The position numbers were made by a program, and so were the translations under genes. A stretch of DNA of 64,000 nt, taken from the NCBI RefSeq assembly GCF_036321535.1, contig NC_087447.1, positions 40,426,001 to 40,490,000 on the forward strand. Reading direction: 5' to 3'. This DNA comes from Camelus dromedarius (Eukaryota). Shown here piece by piece: positions 13,721 to 27,413 of this stretch (positions are counted from its first letter, which is position 1; each line of letters starts with the position of its first letter). Under the pieces are notes generated by a model that saw only the letters and a program-made list of their open reading frames with translations, did not search any database and was not told where the DNA came from.

Positions 13721-14467
13721 AAGAGGATTGATGGTATAAATATTTTTGCTGATTGAAATTTATTAAATTTATCAGCCTCATTCAGATGGTGCATTTTTAC
13801 CTTAACAAGCGACAATTTCTGGGATAGTATTGGGGGTCCTAACTTACATAAAAAAAAAAAAGACTATTTTAAAGATCCTCCGTCTACTCCACTCCAACCT
13901 CCCCAGCAAACTATAATGTTACATAATTTTTTTCCTAAGTGGTCTCTTGCCAAGGATCACGTGGAGAGGACTAAAAGAGATTAAATAAAGAACCTTGAAC
14001 TTGGAGGTAAAGAGACCCAAGGAAAATAAGCAAGGTTAAATGGGATGCTACATCACAGGAATGTTTAGGCCTGTAGTGCATACAGGCTGCCAGGAAGGTA
14101 ACAGTTTTATTTCATTCTTTAAATAAGATTTCTGGGTTTTGACTCTAAATTATTAAATGACTTAATCCTAGCACTATTAATATTTCAGAAAATAAATGTA
14201 TCAGTAAAAAATAGATAACCACCATTCCCGAAAGTCAAAACAAAGAGTTTCCATAGTTTTTAACAAGTTTTCCACCTCATTCACTTGTTAACAACAATGG
14301 ACATATATATTCACTTAAGGTGACTTCCTCATTATTAAAATCAGGTAGAAATAAAACAGCCAACAAGCATAAAACTTAAGACATGCCTTGTTATTAAATA
14401 AAAATACTAACATGCTGTTACTTGCTCTGCTGATTATCACACTAAAGCAATTACATCAGCAGTCTAC

Positions 14468-14527
14468 CTGTAAAAATTTCTTCTTCATTTCATCAAAGAT
14501 ATTTTGTCTGCATCTCCAAAACACATC
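14468..14527 (-). CDS. USP47: USP47 60-nt in-frame (cassette) exon DVFWRCRQNIFDEMKKKFLQ
   Basis: ccatag|GAT GTG TTT TGG...TTA CAG|gtagac; 20 codons, phase 0-0; matches recalled residues 14-33 of the long human isoform. Confidence 0.93.
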
Positions 14528-14699
14528 CTATGGTATATAAGAACAAAATTAATTACAAATTATTTCTTTAAAATAAAGGTAAGAGTGAAATGAGAACAAC
14601 TAATCTAAAGACATTTTTGCAACAAAATATATAAGAATTAAAGTATTACTACTTGAGAATTGCTCAAGAATTGTGTGTAAATCAAATATTCTAAGTCAC

Positions 14700-15110
14700 T
14701 TATTTTCCCAGTTTTATTGAGATATAATTAACATGTAACACTGTAATAGTTTAAGATACAAAACTTAATGATTTGATATGTGTATATTTGCAAAATAACA
14801 ACTTAGTGTGGTAATTAATTAACATCCATCAACTCAGTTACAAATTTTTTTCCTTGTGATGAAAACTTTTAAGTTCTATTCTCTTAGCAACTTTCAAATA
14901 TACAGTATTGTTAATTATAGTCATCAAACTGTATCTTACACTCAGAATTTACCTTATAACTGGAAGTTATTACCTTTTTAACCACCTTTACCTATTTCCC
15001 TAATCCCCATCCCCTTCCTCTGGCAACCACCCATCTGTTCTCTGTTGCTATGAGTTCAGTTTTTTTAGATTCCACATATAAGTAAGATCATAAAGTATTT
15101 ATCTTTCTGT
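14700..15110 (-). mobile_element. L1 3' end fragment (sense to USP47)
   Basis: ttttattgagatataatt...tctggcaaccac...tagattccacatataagt. Confidence 0.85.
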
Positions 15111-16244
15111 TTCCAAGTCACAAACTATTTTGAGACCATTAAAGGAACTCTGCGAGGAAACCAAAAGATCCCTGATTTTGCTAGTTTATAAATTTGGATT
15201 TTTCATATGATAAATATTCTTAAAGCTGCTTAACATTGCTTCCTGCAATGTTTTAATATAAATATCTTCCATATTGCAAGATAAGCCTACTTTAGCAACT
15301 AAGGAATACAGAAATATATAAAAGGAAATAAGGATTATCCATAATCAAGAGATAATCTCCTGAAAAATCTTGGTTTTATATTCCACACTTTTTCTATACA
15401 AATTTTGTTTTCCTTCACATTCTTTAATTAATAAAAAGAGAGGCCAATATATTGTTTTAAAAGGTGCTTTTTAATATTCATAGTAGCTTGGATACCATTC
15501 TACATCAATAAAAAAGTTATTTGCTTTTATAATAAAAATATATTTCTATTATAATAGTACCACATAGTTTTTTGACAAGCAACTCTAAAATAACCCCTAG
15601 AGCAATTATTAACAATTTGATATACACCCTATCAGATCCCTCTACATTCTATGCAAATATAGATCCTATGCATAGATTATTAACCAAAAACGATCATTCT
15701 GTACACCATTATTTGAATTCTGCTCCTTTTCCTTCAATACTCACTCACCTTTCTGGGCCTAAACATTCAGTTTAAACACTAAAGTGTTCTACTATATAGG
15801 CAAACTATAATTTATTTAACTAATCTGCCTAACTAATCTGCTATTAATGGGCATTTAGACATCTTCAAATTTTCACTACAGCTTTTTTTATTTGTACAAT
15901 TTTTTTCCCCTGAAGATAATTTCACAAAGAAAGAAACACTAGATCAAAGGTTATGTACCCATTTTTAGGATTTTTTGATACATGATGCAGAAGAGTTCAG
16001 TATCTTTTCCACAAATAAGAATTAAACTACAACTATTTTTCAAATACTGTTTTAGGTGCTGAGAAAACAGCAGTGAACAAAAGCCCCTGCCCTGAAGGAG
16101 CTGACAGTATATAGATGGAACTCAACCAAAAACAAATCTAAACTATAAGGTATCCACCAGCCTCAGAGTCTTTGTTTTTCTGTACACTGTACCTGGGGTG
16201 TTCTTCCTCTATAGACATTCTTACCTACTTTTTTCAAGTATCAT

Positions 16245-16722
16245 TGTGGTGGCTTTAAAATAGGTCCACAAAATTTTTGACACGCCTCCCAGGAAGAACA
16301 GAAGTCTAATTCCAGTCCCTTTCAATATGGGACGGTCTTAGTGACTTCCTGTGATACACAGCACGACTTTCAAGGCTGGGCTAGAAAAGTTAACACAGCT
16401 TCCGCCTTGCTCTCTCTCAGATGCTCACCCTTGGAACCTGACAACTATGCCTTGTAGGAGCCAAGCAGCCACATGGAAAAGTCATGTGTAGATGTTCCAG
16501 CCACAGCTCAAATGAGATCTCAGCTGGCAATCAGCACCAGCCAGCATTCCTATCAGGAAGTATTCAAATTATTTCAGCCCCTAGCCTTTCAGATGTTCCA
16601 GCTGATGCCTAGCAGAGCAGAAATAAGCTGTCCCGGTCCAGCTTTGCCCAAATTGCACATCCGTGAACAAAAGTCATTAAGTTTGGGGGCAGACTGTTAT
16701 AAAGCAAAAGATAATCTGAAAA
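16245..16722 (+). mobile_element. MaLR MLT1-family LTR
   Basis: tgtggtggctttaaaataggtccacaaa start; taagtttggggg...tgttataaagcaaaagataa end. Confidence 0.75.
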
Positions 16723-18311
16723 TAATCAATTTCTCAAACTGGTCCTCCTCTCACCATTCTATTTAAAATTGCAGTTCTCTTCATATCCCTTCCTTGCTTC
16801 AGGTTTCTGCATAGTACTTAGAGCCACCTGATGTATTTGTTTATATTCTACTTGTTTACTGTTAAATCCAAAAAATTTCCATTTTGGACTTAATTAAGTT
16901 AATTTGAATTTGTGATGTGATTAGCCCATCAGAGTTTTCTTTTGTTCAAAGTGCTTATAGACATAATGAGCTAAATGTCATGCATATTTGTGAAGAAGCA
17001 TCCTGGAATGAGAGGCACTCCTTGATCTTTATGAAAGAAAGTTACTGTTTTGCCTTACTGCTTAATTTAATGTAGTAAAATAAAGCAGACAAAGTTTGAA
17101 AAAAACCAACAAACCAAAACTTCCATTATGAGACAAGATGAAATGGCAGACTGGATTACCCTGCCCACCTTAAACAACTATATATGAAATATATGAAACA
17201 ATGGTTCCCAAATATTATTAAACAACAGGTAACACAGGACAGTGATCAGAAACAAACAAGGTAAGCTACCTTCCAGGCTGCAGTGCAGGAAGAGAGAACC
17301 CAGGTAGAGATCAGCAATCTCCCTGAGTTGAAGAGATGAGGTTGGAAGTTCAAGTGGGTCAATTTGGCCAGAATTTACAGAGCAAAATAATGAACACAAG
17401 AAAGCTGTGCAAATAGCAAGCTCGAGACCTGTAGTGGTCCTCCTTGAGTATTGAGCTGAGTATTCATCAGCATATGCACGTGAAGAAACCACCTGAGGCA
17501 GGGGAAAGAACCATAGGAAAGAATCCCTGGAGTTCACTTCAATTCCCACCAGCCAGAATGAAGAAAAATCTCATAATACACAGGTGTCAGATAAGAGTAC
17601 TCAGAAAAGTACTGTCTCAGTAGTGGGACCAAATTAGGCCTAGTCTAAAGGCTACTCTGGCTCAATCTTACAAAGCCTTCTAAAAGCAAGCCTCCAAAGG
17701 ATCAAGATGTTTACAAGTAAATTAGCTTTATCAGAGAACAAAGATCAAGAATATTTATGGAAATAAAAAATACCCAGCACCCCTCAATGTAAAATTCAGT
17801 GTTTGACATCCATAGGCATACACAAAAGTAGGAAATGATGACCCATAATGAGAAGAAAAAAATCAATGAAAACCAACCCAGAATGACACATGACAGAACT
17901 GGTAGGCAAGAATATAAAAGGTTTTAATTATATTCTATATTTCAAGAAGGTAGAGGAAAGTGAGTAAAGGAAAAACATGGAGGATATAAAAAAGATCCAA
18001 CTCAAATTTCTAGAGATGAAAAGTACAGTATCTGAGATGAAATATACAATGGGTGGGATTAACAGATTAGGTACCACTGAACAAAAGATTAATGCACTTG
18101 AAGACACAGCAAGGTAAACTATCAAAAATGAGATATAGAGGAAAAGTTTACACACACGTAAAAGCAAAGTAAGTGGAACATCTTTTTTTATCAGAAACCA
18201 AGGAGGCCAGAAGGAAGTTGCACAATATTTTTCTGGTGTTCAAAGGAAATAACTGTTAACTCAGAATACTATAAACCAAAAAAAAAAAAAAAAAAAAAGT
18301 CCTTCAAGAAT

Positions 18312-18853
18312 TATTACTGAATGCAAATTCATGTGCCCAAGACACAGTGAGGCCAAACAAACGGAAATGCTGGAGTCTAGAGCAGAGAAAGGTTTATTGC
18401 AGGGCCAAGCAAGAAGAATGGGTGCCTCGTGCTCTAAATCCCTGAATTCCCCATGGGGAGAAGTTTTTATAGGGAAAATTCAGGGTGAGGGCTACAGTGT
18501 GGCTTTCTTCTGATTGGTTGGTGGTGAGGTAACAGGGAATGCTCTTGTGCTTAGCCAGAAGTTACCATCCTCCACCTGGGTAGGGGCCTTAATTCGTATA
18601 GAAGAACTCGGAAGTACTAATATGTATATTCCTTGATGAGGAACCTGCCCCATGGCTGCGCTATTGTTTCTTGACTGCTCCTTCTCTCTTTCTGCGTTAC
18701 CTCCCTTCCCTGACTAGGAACTGCTTGAATCTGCCCTTCGAAACTCAGGGAAGGTCAAGGAGGCTGAATGAAGCCTATTTCCTATAAAGAAGAAAAGGGG
18801 GGAACACGGAAAGGATGTGTACCAGGGAGGGCCCAATGGGTTCTTCTGTTTCA
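18312..18853 (-). mobile_element. Solo ERV1-class LTR
   Basis: Termini t(a/g)ttactgaa...tgtttca with 4-bp TSD gaat (18308-18311 and 18854-18857). tttatt, tttata and attgg give minus-strand poly(A), TATA and CCAAT signals in the expected order. Confidence 0.8.
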
Positions 18854-20303
18854 GAATAACAAAGAAATTGCTTTCATAACCAAGCAGAATTCAAGACCTG
18901 CTTGGATAAAGGAAAGCTAAAAGAATTTGGCTCCAGTAGAACTACCCTAAAGGAATGGCTAAAGGAAGTTCTTTAAATAAAAAGGAAAGAAAGAGGAAAA
19001 ATGAAAGATTACCCTAAAATTAACTAAAACAATTAGACTTTCAGTTGATTTCTCAACAGCAAAAATGGAATCCAGAAGACTGAAGCATACCTTTAACGAT
19101 CTAAAAAATAATAAACACTATTAGTCCAGAATGTTACACACAGCAAAAATGTCTTTCAGGAATGCAAAAACAGATTTTTATGACCAGTAGATCCTCATTA
19201 AAGAAACTCTAAAAAAGATATTTTCCTTCTTCTTCTGTACCAGTTTTTATGCTTAGGTACTCTTTTCCTGTCTAAGAATCTTTTCTAAGGGTGAAAATCC
19301 CTTAACATCTGTCCATAACCACATGAGAGAATTTAAGTGAGAAACACTCACTTGAGAAAGGTCAATTCCTGTAAAAGGTTTGTATCCTCATCATCACAAA
19401 AGGCTACAAAAGCTTGAGACATATGCTCTTAGAACTTCACTGAAAGTTCATGAAGGAAGAGAGGATATATCCTCTTCTGTCTTCCTGCTTATATTACAGA
19501 AAGTTGTATTTTGCAGTAACCTCTCAAAAAAAAGTACATGTGCAGAAAGAAAAGTGGTCCTAGAGGAAAAGTGATGAATTCTGATTTACCCATCTAGCCT
19601 GATGACACCGAGGTATATCTGATTTCTTCTAAACAAGTACCACTGTAGTGTCATAATCATGTGGTGCCATAATCATGCCCACCATGAAGAAAACTTTCTG
19701 GAAAAACCTCCAACAGATCTATGCATACGCAATGGGTAAACAATGAGTTCATATACTGTCAGCTAATCATAAACATGGAGAGGTTTTGCTTATCTAATAC
19801 GGAATAGAGACTGTTCATGAATTCTAGCTTTAAAAAACCATATTCCCTCTCCTGAGCCTTGTGTCACATCCTCTGTACTGAACCTAGTTCCCTCCTTGAT
19901 AGTAACATTTTGACTCAGTGTTTAAACCCAGATCCCAAAGTATTTATTTTGTCTTGAACAAAGGAGTGAGATACAAAAAGAAATGAATACCTACAAAAGT
20001 TAACTCAAAATGGATTAAAGACCTAAATTTAAAGGCTAAAATTTTAAAACTATTAGAAGAAAACATAGAAGAAAAGCTTCATGAAACTGGATTTGGCAAT
20101 AATTTCTTGGATATCATACCAAAAGTAGAGACAATAACAACAATAACAAAATAGATAAATTGGACTTCATTAAAATTCAAATGTTTGTGTATCAAAGGAC
20201 AACAGAGCAAAAAGGCAATCTATGGAAGGGGAGAAAATACATGCAAATCATGTATCTGTTAAATGATTAATATCCAGAATATATAAAGAATTCTAACAAC
20301 TCT

Positions 20304-21295
20304 CCCAGAAATAAACCCACAGACCTATATCAATTAATTTTCAACAAAGGAGGCAAGAACATACGATGGAGGAAGAGACAGTCTCTTCAGCAAGCGGTGC
20401 TGGGAAAACTGGACAGCCGCATGTAAATCAATGAAGTTAGAACACTTCCTCATTCCATACACAAAAATAAACTCAAAATGGCTTAAAAACTTAAATATAA
20501 GACAAGACATGATAAATCTCCTGGAAGAAAACATAGGCAAAACATTCTCTGACATAAATCTTATCAATGTTCTCCTAGGGCAGTCTACCCAGGCAACAGA
20601 AATAAGAGCAAAAATAAACAAATAGGACCTAACTAAACTTATAAGCTTTGCATAGCAAAAGAAACCATAAGCAAAACAAAATGACAACCTACAGAAGGGG
20701 AGAAAAATATTTGCAAATGATGTGACTGACAAAGGCTTAATTTTCAGAATATATAAATAGCTCATATAACAATAACAACAACAAAAAACCCAATCCAAAA
20801 ATGGGCAGAAGATCTAAATAAGCAATTCTCCAATGAAGACATACAAATGGCCAATAGGCACATGAAAAAATGCTCAATATCACTAAAAATTATCAGAGAA
20901 ATGCAAATCAAATAACGAGATATCACCTCACATCAGTCAGAATGGCCATCATTCAAAAGTCCATGAATGATAAATCCTGGAGAGAGTGTGGAGAAAAGGG
21001 AATCCTCCTATACTGCTGGTGGGAATGTAGTTTGGTACAGCCATTATGGAAAACAGTATGCAGATACCTCAAAAACCTAAGAATAGACCTACCATGTGAT
21101 CCAGCAATCCCACTTCTGGGTATATATCTGGAGACAACTCTAATTCGAAAAGATACATGCACACCAATGTTCACAGCAGCACTATTTACAGTAGTCAAGA
21201 CACATGGAAGCAACCTACATGTCCATCAACAGATGATTAGATAAAGAAGTTGTGGTATATTCATACAATGGAATACTATTCAGCCATAAAAAGAG
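20304..21295 (+). mobile_element. Younger L1 ORF2 3' fragment abutting an older L1MB-like piece (19990-20303)
   Basis: ORFs 20431..20625 and 20870..21244 match the L1 ORF2 C-terminus; similar to 33450-34420 and 62754-63080. Confidence 0.88.
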
Positions 21296-21410
21296 TAAAT
21301 TATGTATGTTATCACAATTAAAAAAAAAGTGAATAGTAAAGAATTATAAATATGTGGGTAAACTATAAACAGCAATGTCTTCTATGCTTAAAAATGAAAA
21401 GACAGAATTA

Positions 21411-22013
21411 GGATGCTCCTGGGGTCTCCTTCTGCTCCAACCTTTAAGGCTGCTTGCTAGGATGTCGGTGCCCCAAAACCCTAGACAGACTCGCACGATA
21501 GACAGGACAGTGTGACGCCTCTCATTCAGCAGAAAGTAGATACAGAAGAAGAGACCTTCACCCCTGTTTCAAAGATTTGTCATTGCCAATCTGTTAGGGG
21601 GAAATGTGGGGCCAACTGACATCCTTCAAAGTACCTTCAAAGTCCAATGACCCTCATTCCTGGGCTCTCGGATGTCTGCCATGTCTGCCGGTGATTCCTC
21701 AACAGATAAAGTACATTCTTTACTGGGTGTGTTTGCCCTAACAAACTAATAGCCCTGGGTAATGCCTAATCCCACAATAGTTCAGGATGGCTTGCTTCAG
21801 CCCACCTCATTAGAGTCATCACAGGGCACTAAACTTCTTACCTCAACTATAACCCATCAGAGACTTGTGCACAAACCAATCAGGTACCTTTTGACTCTGT
21901 CTTATAAAAGACCCCAACAACTGGCTTACAGGCATCTCTCTGTGTGGCCCACTGTTGTCTATGGCAGTGTAACCTAATAAACTCCTTTACTATTCGCCTC
22001 AAAAAAGAAAAAA
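21411..22013 (+). mobile_element. Polyadenylated ERV RNA retrocopy: 3' internal region, PPT, U3-R, poly(A)
   Basis: PPT-like agggggaaa, then TG at 21605, CCAAT ~21876, TATAAAA ~21903, AATAAA 21976-21981, A-tail from 22001. Flanking aaaaga(c/aa)agaatta duplication. Confidence 0.78.
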
Positions 22014-22294
22014 AAAAGAAAAGAATTATATAACAACTATACCATATAAGTGAGAGTGTTACTGGAATTAAAGTATTCTAATATCCTTACAGTATTCAAG
22101 AGGAAATTAAAGATAACTAAAAGTTTTACACTGTGGTAAGTGTACATATTAAATTATTTTAAATACACTTACACTAAAAGAATATACACAGTATATAACT
22201 TCCACACCAACAGAACAATTAAAGTGGAATGAAAAAATAATAATTTAAATCTAAAGAAGCCAAGAAAGAAAAGAAAAGAAAAAGAAGCAAAAAT

Positions 22295-22425
22295 AATAGA
22301 ATAGGTTAAATCATGTCCCCAAAGATATCAGGTCCTAATCCCAAGAATTTATAAATTTTACCTTCTATGGCAAAGACTGCAGATATGATTAAGCTAAGGA
22401 TCTTGAGATGATAGATTACCCTAGA
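22295..22425 (+). mobile_element. MLT1 5' fragment
   Basis: ccccaaagatatcaggtcctaatccc...gattaagctaaggatcttgagatg. Confidence 0.65.
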
Positions 22426-23911
22426 TGTGACAGTTTTAAATGTCAAATAAAATAGCTTTGAAATAGACAAAGCAAAAACTGATAGCACAATGAAAAAAAA
22501 AATCCAACATCTTAGTTTGAGATTTTAATATACATCTGTTGTTGTTGACAGATTTAACAGACCAAAAAAAACCAAAAAATCAACAAAGACACAGAAAAAC
22601 ACACATCAAAATTAACAAGACTGATCTAACTGATATATGAAAAACTATACTTAACAGCTGCAAATATACATTCTTTTAAAGCACACATAGAATATTTATA
22701 AAAACTGACTTGATATTAGGTTTTATTATAAGCCAAGCTTCAACAAATTTCAAAAGACTAGCATCATATAGAACACTTCCACTATAATGCAAATGAATTA
22801 AATATCAGTAACAAAAATATAAGTAGGAAAATCATATATAATTACAAAATTAAGAAACTAATTCATGGGTCAAAGAAGAAAATAGAAGATATTAAGAATC
22901 AAATGATAATAAAAATGTATCAAACTTGTACAGCATACTGGGTGGGGAGGGGAAGCGGGCTTTTCTGCAAAATAGGTGAGTCTTTGTGGGACTAGGCAGA
23001 GGTGAGATAATGAAGAGTGAAAAGCCAGAAGAACTACAAAACCTAGAGCTGAAAAAATAGTTCTCTGCTACTAATGGTGTTTGGGGCTGTGGCTGGTCCC
23101 CAGAGAGCTGAAAACAAAACCAAAATCTGTTATCATGTAACTGAAGCACCAAAGGAGAAGAAATAAAAAGGTAAAAGCAGAAATTGATGAAATATAAAAT
23201 AAAAATACTATAAAGAAAATTATCATTGCCAAAAGCTGCTTCTATTAAACAACAAAACCTAATTAATAATAAACCACTGGTAAGATTAATCCCCAAAAAA
23301 GAGAAAACACAAAAAATATTAAAGAAAACAGGATGTAACTATTAGATACAACAAAGTAAAACATAAAAGAATGTCACAAGCAAATTTATGTCAACATATT
23401 TGAAAACATAATGGAATGGATAAACTTCCAGAAAAATAACACTTGTTAAACAAACTCAAAGGAAAACAAAAGAAAACCATGATAGTCCTAAAGTTATTAA
23501 ATTGAGTCAGTAGGTAAAAATCCTCCAATAACAACAGAAAAATTTCAGGTCTGGATGATTTTACTAAAGATTTTCCAAATATTCAAAGATAATACAATTT
23601 TTAGAGAAAATTTTCTCAGTTATAGAAAATGAAGAACACTCTAAATCATATTATGAGGCTAGCATGTGATATTAAACTCTAAAAAGATACCATAAGAAAG
23701 GAAAATTATAAACCAGTATCACTCACGAAAACAACTGTAAAAACTGTGAAACAAAGTACTAGGAAACTGAGTCTAGCAATGTATTAAAGCGTAATAACAT
23801 CACAACCAGGTTCATTTAACATTGGAAATGTCAATTTATATAATGCCACATATTAACAGATTAAAACAGAAAATCATGACAATACATATAATACAGAAAA
23901 TGTATCTGAGG

Positions 23912-24062
23912 TGGGGAGGGTATAGCTTAGTAGTGAAGTGCATGCCTAGCATGCACGAGGTCCTGGGTTCAATCCCCAGCACATCCATTAAAAATAAATA
24001 AACTTAATTACCTCCCTCCTTCCAAAAAACCAAAACCAAACAAAAACAAAACAAAACAAAAA
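23912..24062 (+). mobile_element. tRNA-derived SINE
   Basis: A/B-box head and (CAAAA)n tail; TSD agaaaat(gt/ac)atctga. Confidence 0.9.
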
Positions 24063-26072
24063 AGAAAATACATCTGAAAGTAAACATCTTTTCATGATAA
24101 TGTATAACAAAATATGAAGAATATTTCCTTAACTTGATAAAGTGCAACTATAAAAACTTACAGCAAATATATTTAATAATGAAATACTGAAAGCTTTCAC
24201 TTTAGGAACAAAACAAGGGTGAACACCAGTCACTACTTCAAGTCAACACTGCACCAGAGGAACAGTGCAATAAGCAAGAAAAAGAAAACAACGTAAATGG
24301 ATTAAAAGTGCAGTCATCATACAAAGATGTCATGACTATCTACCTAGAAAATCCAAAAGATCTTACAAATAAATTATTACCATTAACAATAGCTTATCAA
24401 GGTTTCTATGTATTAAAAACCCAATAAACCAACAACAGATTAAAAACACAATAAAAATACTTACAATAGCATCTTAGAATATAACGTACTCATGAATACA
24501 TCAAACCAAAAGCTTGCAAGCCTTTTACGGAAAAACTATAACATCTCTTTTTAAGAAATTTAAAAAGGTCTGAATAAATGGTAAGATAATGAAAGACGCA
24601 AAATGTTCACAAACTGGAAGACTATTTTGTAAAGAAGTCAACTCTCCTAAATTAATCTATAGATCCAATATAATTCCAATAAAAATTCCAACTCTGTGTA
24701 TGTGTGTGTGCACGTGCATGTGTGTTCTGGGAGTGGAGGGGGGACTAAAGGGATGATTCTCAAATCTGTATGAATATACAAAGCTACAAGAATAGCCAAG
24801 ACACTCCTGAGCAACAAAAAGTCTGAGGCATTTGTACCAGATATCAGTAAGTAATAAGAAGCTATAGATAGGAATTAAGATAGTGTGGTACTGGTGCAGC
24901 AAATTATCCCCAAAGCAGAACCAGACATACATATAGAAACTTTGATTAGAGTAAAGATAAACTTTTCAGTAAATGGTCTTGGGATAAGGAGATACACATA
25001 GAGAAAAACACACACAAACATTTAGTGCATATCTCATAACCATACATTAAAAAACAAACAGTTCCAGGTGAATTAAAGACCTAAAGATGAAAGCCAAAAC
25101 TGTTAAGTCCTTTAAAAGGTAATTATTATCTTTAAAATTTTAGAACATGAAAAAAAATCTTAAGTATATAAAAAGCACAAAAATGAAAAGGAAAACAGTG
25201 ATTAAGATCAGATCAAAGTAAAGACTTCTTGATTTTACAAAATTAAAAGGGTGAAAAAATAAGAAACAAATTGGGAAAGGACATTTACATCAATTGTAAC
25301 AAAGACCTGGTATCCCCAGAATAAAAGGCAAGTTCCATAAGTCAGAAACAAAAAGAGAACCCAATAGAAAAATGGACAAAGATATTAGCCATTTTCTCCT
25401 ATTCTCCATGAATAAGAGATTCTTAGAAAAGAATGATTAGCTCACAAAGAAAATTTTTAAATGTACATTATTATTAGTAAGCAAAAAGATATACTTCAAA
25501 CCAAGAACTCTCACTCACTGTTAGTGGAAATGTAAACTGATACAACCTTTTAGGAAAAGTTTGATATTACCTATAAATCTGAAAATATGTTTATTCCACA
25601 ATCCACCAATCTCACCACTAAGAAAATCTAACCATTTATCTACCTATCTGTCAAACCAACCATCCATCCATCCATCCATCCGTCCACCATCTCCTAGAGA
25701 AACTCTCACCCCATGTAACAAGAGACATGTACAGAAATATTTATAGTACCATTGTTCAAAATAGCACAAAACTGTAAACATCCCAAATGAGCTTCCATGG
25801 ATAAATAAACCATAATATATTCACAGAGAACAAGTTTATATAACAGTGAAAAAGAATGAACTACTGTTATGTACCATCAACATGGATGTATCTCAAAACC
25901 AAAAGTGAAAGAGTTAAGTCACAGCAAAATACATGCCACAGACCAACACCCACAAAATGATTCTACTTGCATAAAGTTCAAAAATACAAAAAACCAACCA
26001 TTTTATTCTTTATAAACATGGTTTATTGTGGTGAAAAAAAAAACGTAATCTATTATCAAAAATTAAGAATGT

Positions 26073-26211
26073 GGGGGTTGGTATAGCTCAGTGGTATAGC
26101 ACTAGCTTAGCATGCATGAGGTCCTGGGTTCAATCCCCACTACCTCTCTTAAAAAATAAGTAAAATTTAAAAAGGTTAATCTTAAAGGGAAAAAAACAAG
26201 ATTCAAGAGGA
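26073..26211 (+). mobile_element. tRNA-derived SINE
   Basis: tatagctcagtggta...gaggtcctgggttcaatcccc; TSD aaaaattaag(a/g)atg. Confidence 0.88.
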
Positions 26212-27274
26212 AAAAATTAAGGATGGGGGCAGAGGCAGGGATACAATTGAAGAAGGATTTATTAAGGATTTCTGTTCTACAGGTAATGTTTTATATCCTG
26301 GAAAAGATGAGCAAGTAATTATTTTATTTTGATTTAAACTGTACATATTCATTCACTGTTTTGTATGCATCCTACACATCACAGTAAAATGCAATCAAAA
26401 TGGGAAAAAAGCACAGATGACTAAGCATCAAAATTAATTCACTAAGACTAATGCACATCTTATTTTTGATAGTATTAGATTGATATATCAACAAATATGA
26501 AAACCACAAAGTATCGTGATATTAGAAAAGTGCATTTAATAAAATCAGCTATAACACTGATATACATAAAATGACAAAATGTGCCTACAGAATTATAACT
26601 CTTAAAATTATGCCAAAAGATTACCTATCTTTGGCCTATTTTAAGTGTTTAGACAGTTATGAAAAACAGAAAAAAAAGATGATCAAATTTAAAGAAGAAT
26701 CTAAGGAGCAGTTAGTGCAATAAACTATCAATTTCAAAACTATCTCAATAGACAGAACCAAAACAAAGATTTAAAATACGAATAAAGCCCATTTTGGTCC
26801 AAAAAATAAACTGGATATTCACAATAACCCACCAATTTTACCTTTGAGAGTTCATCCAAAGATAAAGTCAATGAAGTTGCAAACATGAATGTAAAAGGAT
26901 TTTTTGCAGAACACTACGGGTAAAAGAAATATACTGAAAGTTGTCTAATTAGAAAAAGAAGGCAATAATTTATAAGAAAAATATGGTAAATACCTGCAGT
27001 GGAATACCACACAGCCTTTAATCCTATATGACATTTACTGACAAGGGAAAATATCCCATATATATTGCTAAGAAATAATGCTAGCCTTAAAACAAGAAAC
27101 ATAATAACACTTTTTAAAAAATCTGTATTGGAAAGGAAAAGGAGGAGAAATGTACGAAATAAAAGAATTACATCAAAGTATTAACAGTATTGTCTTTGAG
27201 GGATAGAATTAGAGGTGATTTTTTTTTCCTTTATGCCTTTCTAGGACTTCTAAGTGTTTGGCACCACACTGACA

Positions 27275-27413
27275 TTTTTTAAAATTTTTAATTTAATTAA
27301 TTTAATTAATTAATTTAGTTAATTAATTAATTTTAAAATTGGGGCACTGGAGATTGAACCCAGGACCTTATACATGCTAAGCAGGCACTTTATCACTGAG
27401 CTATACCCTCCCC
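27275..27413 (-). mobile_element. tRNA-derived SINE with (AATT)n tail
   Basis: gattgaacccaggacct...cactgagctataccctcccc. Confidence 0.88.

Larger units (their letters stand above)
17120..26400 (+). mobile_element. Cluster of old L1M(C/E)-type fragments (5' end/ORF1 17.1-19.2 kb; ORF2 and 3' end 22.4-26.4 kb) carrying nested younger inserts
   Basis: A-rich, colinear, heavily decayed L1 ORF1/ORF2 wording with no long ORF. May be more than one element. Confidence 0.7.
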
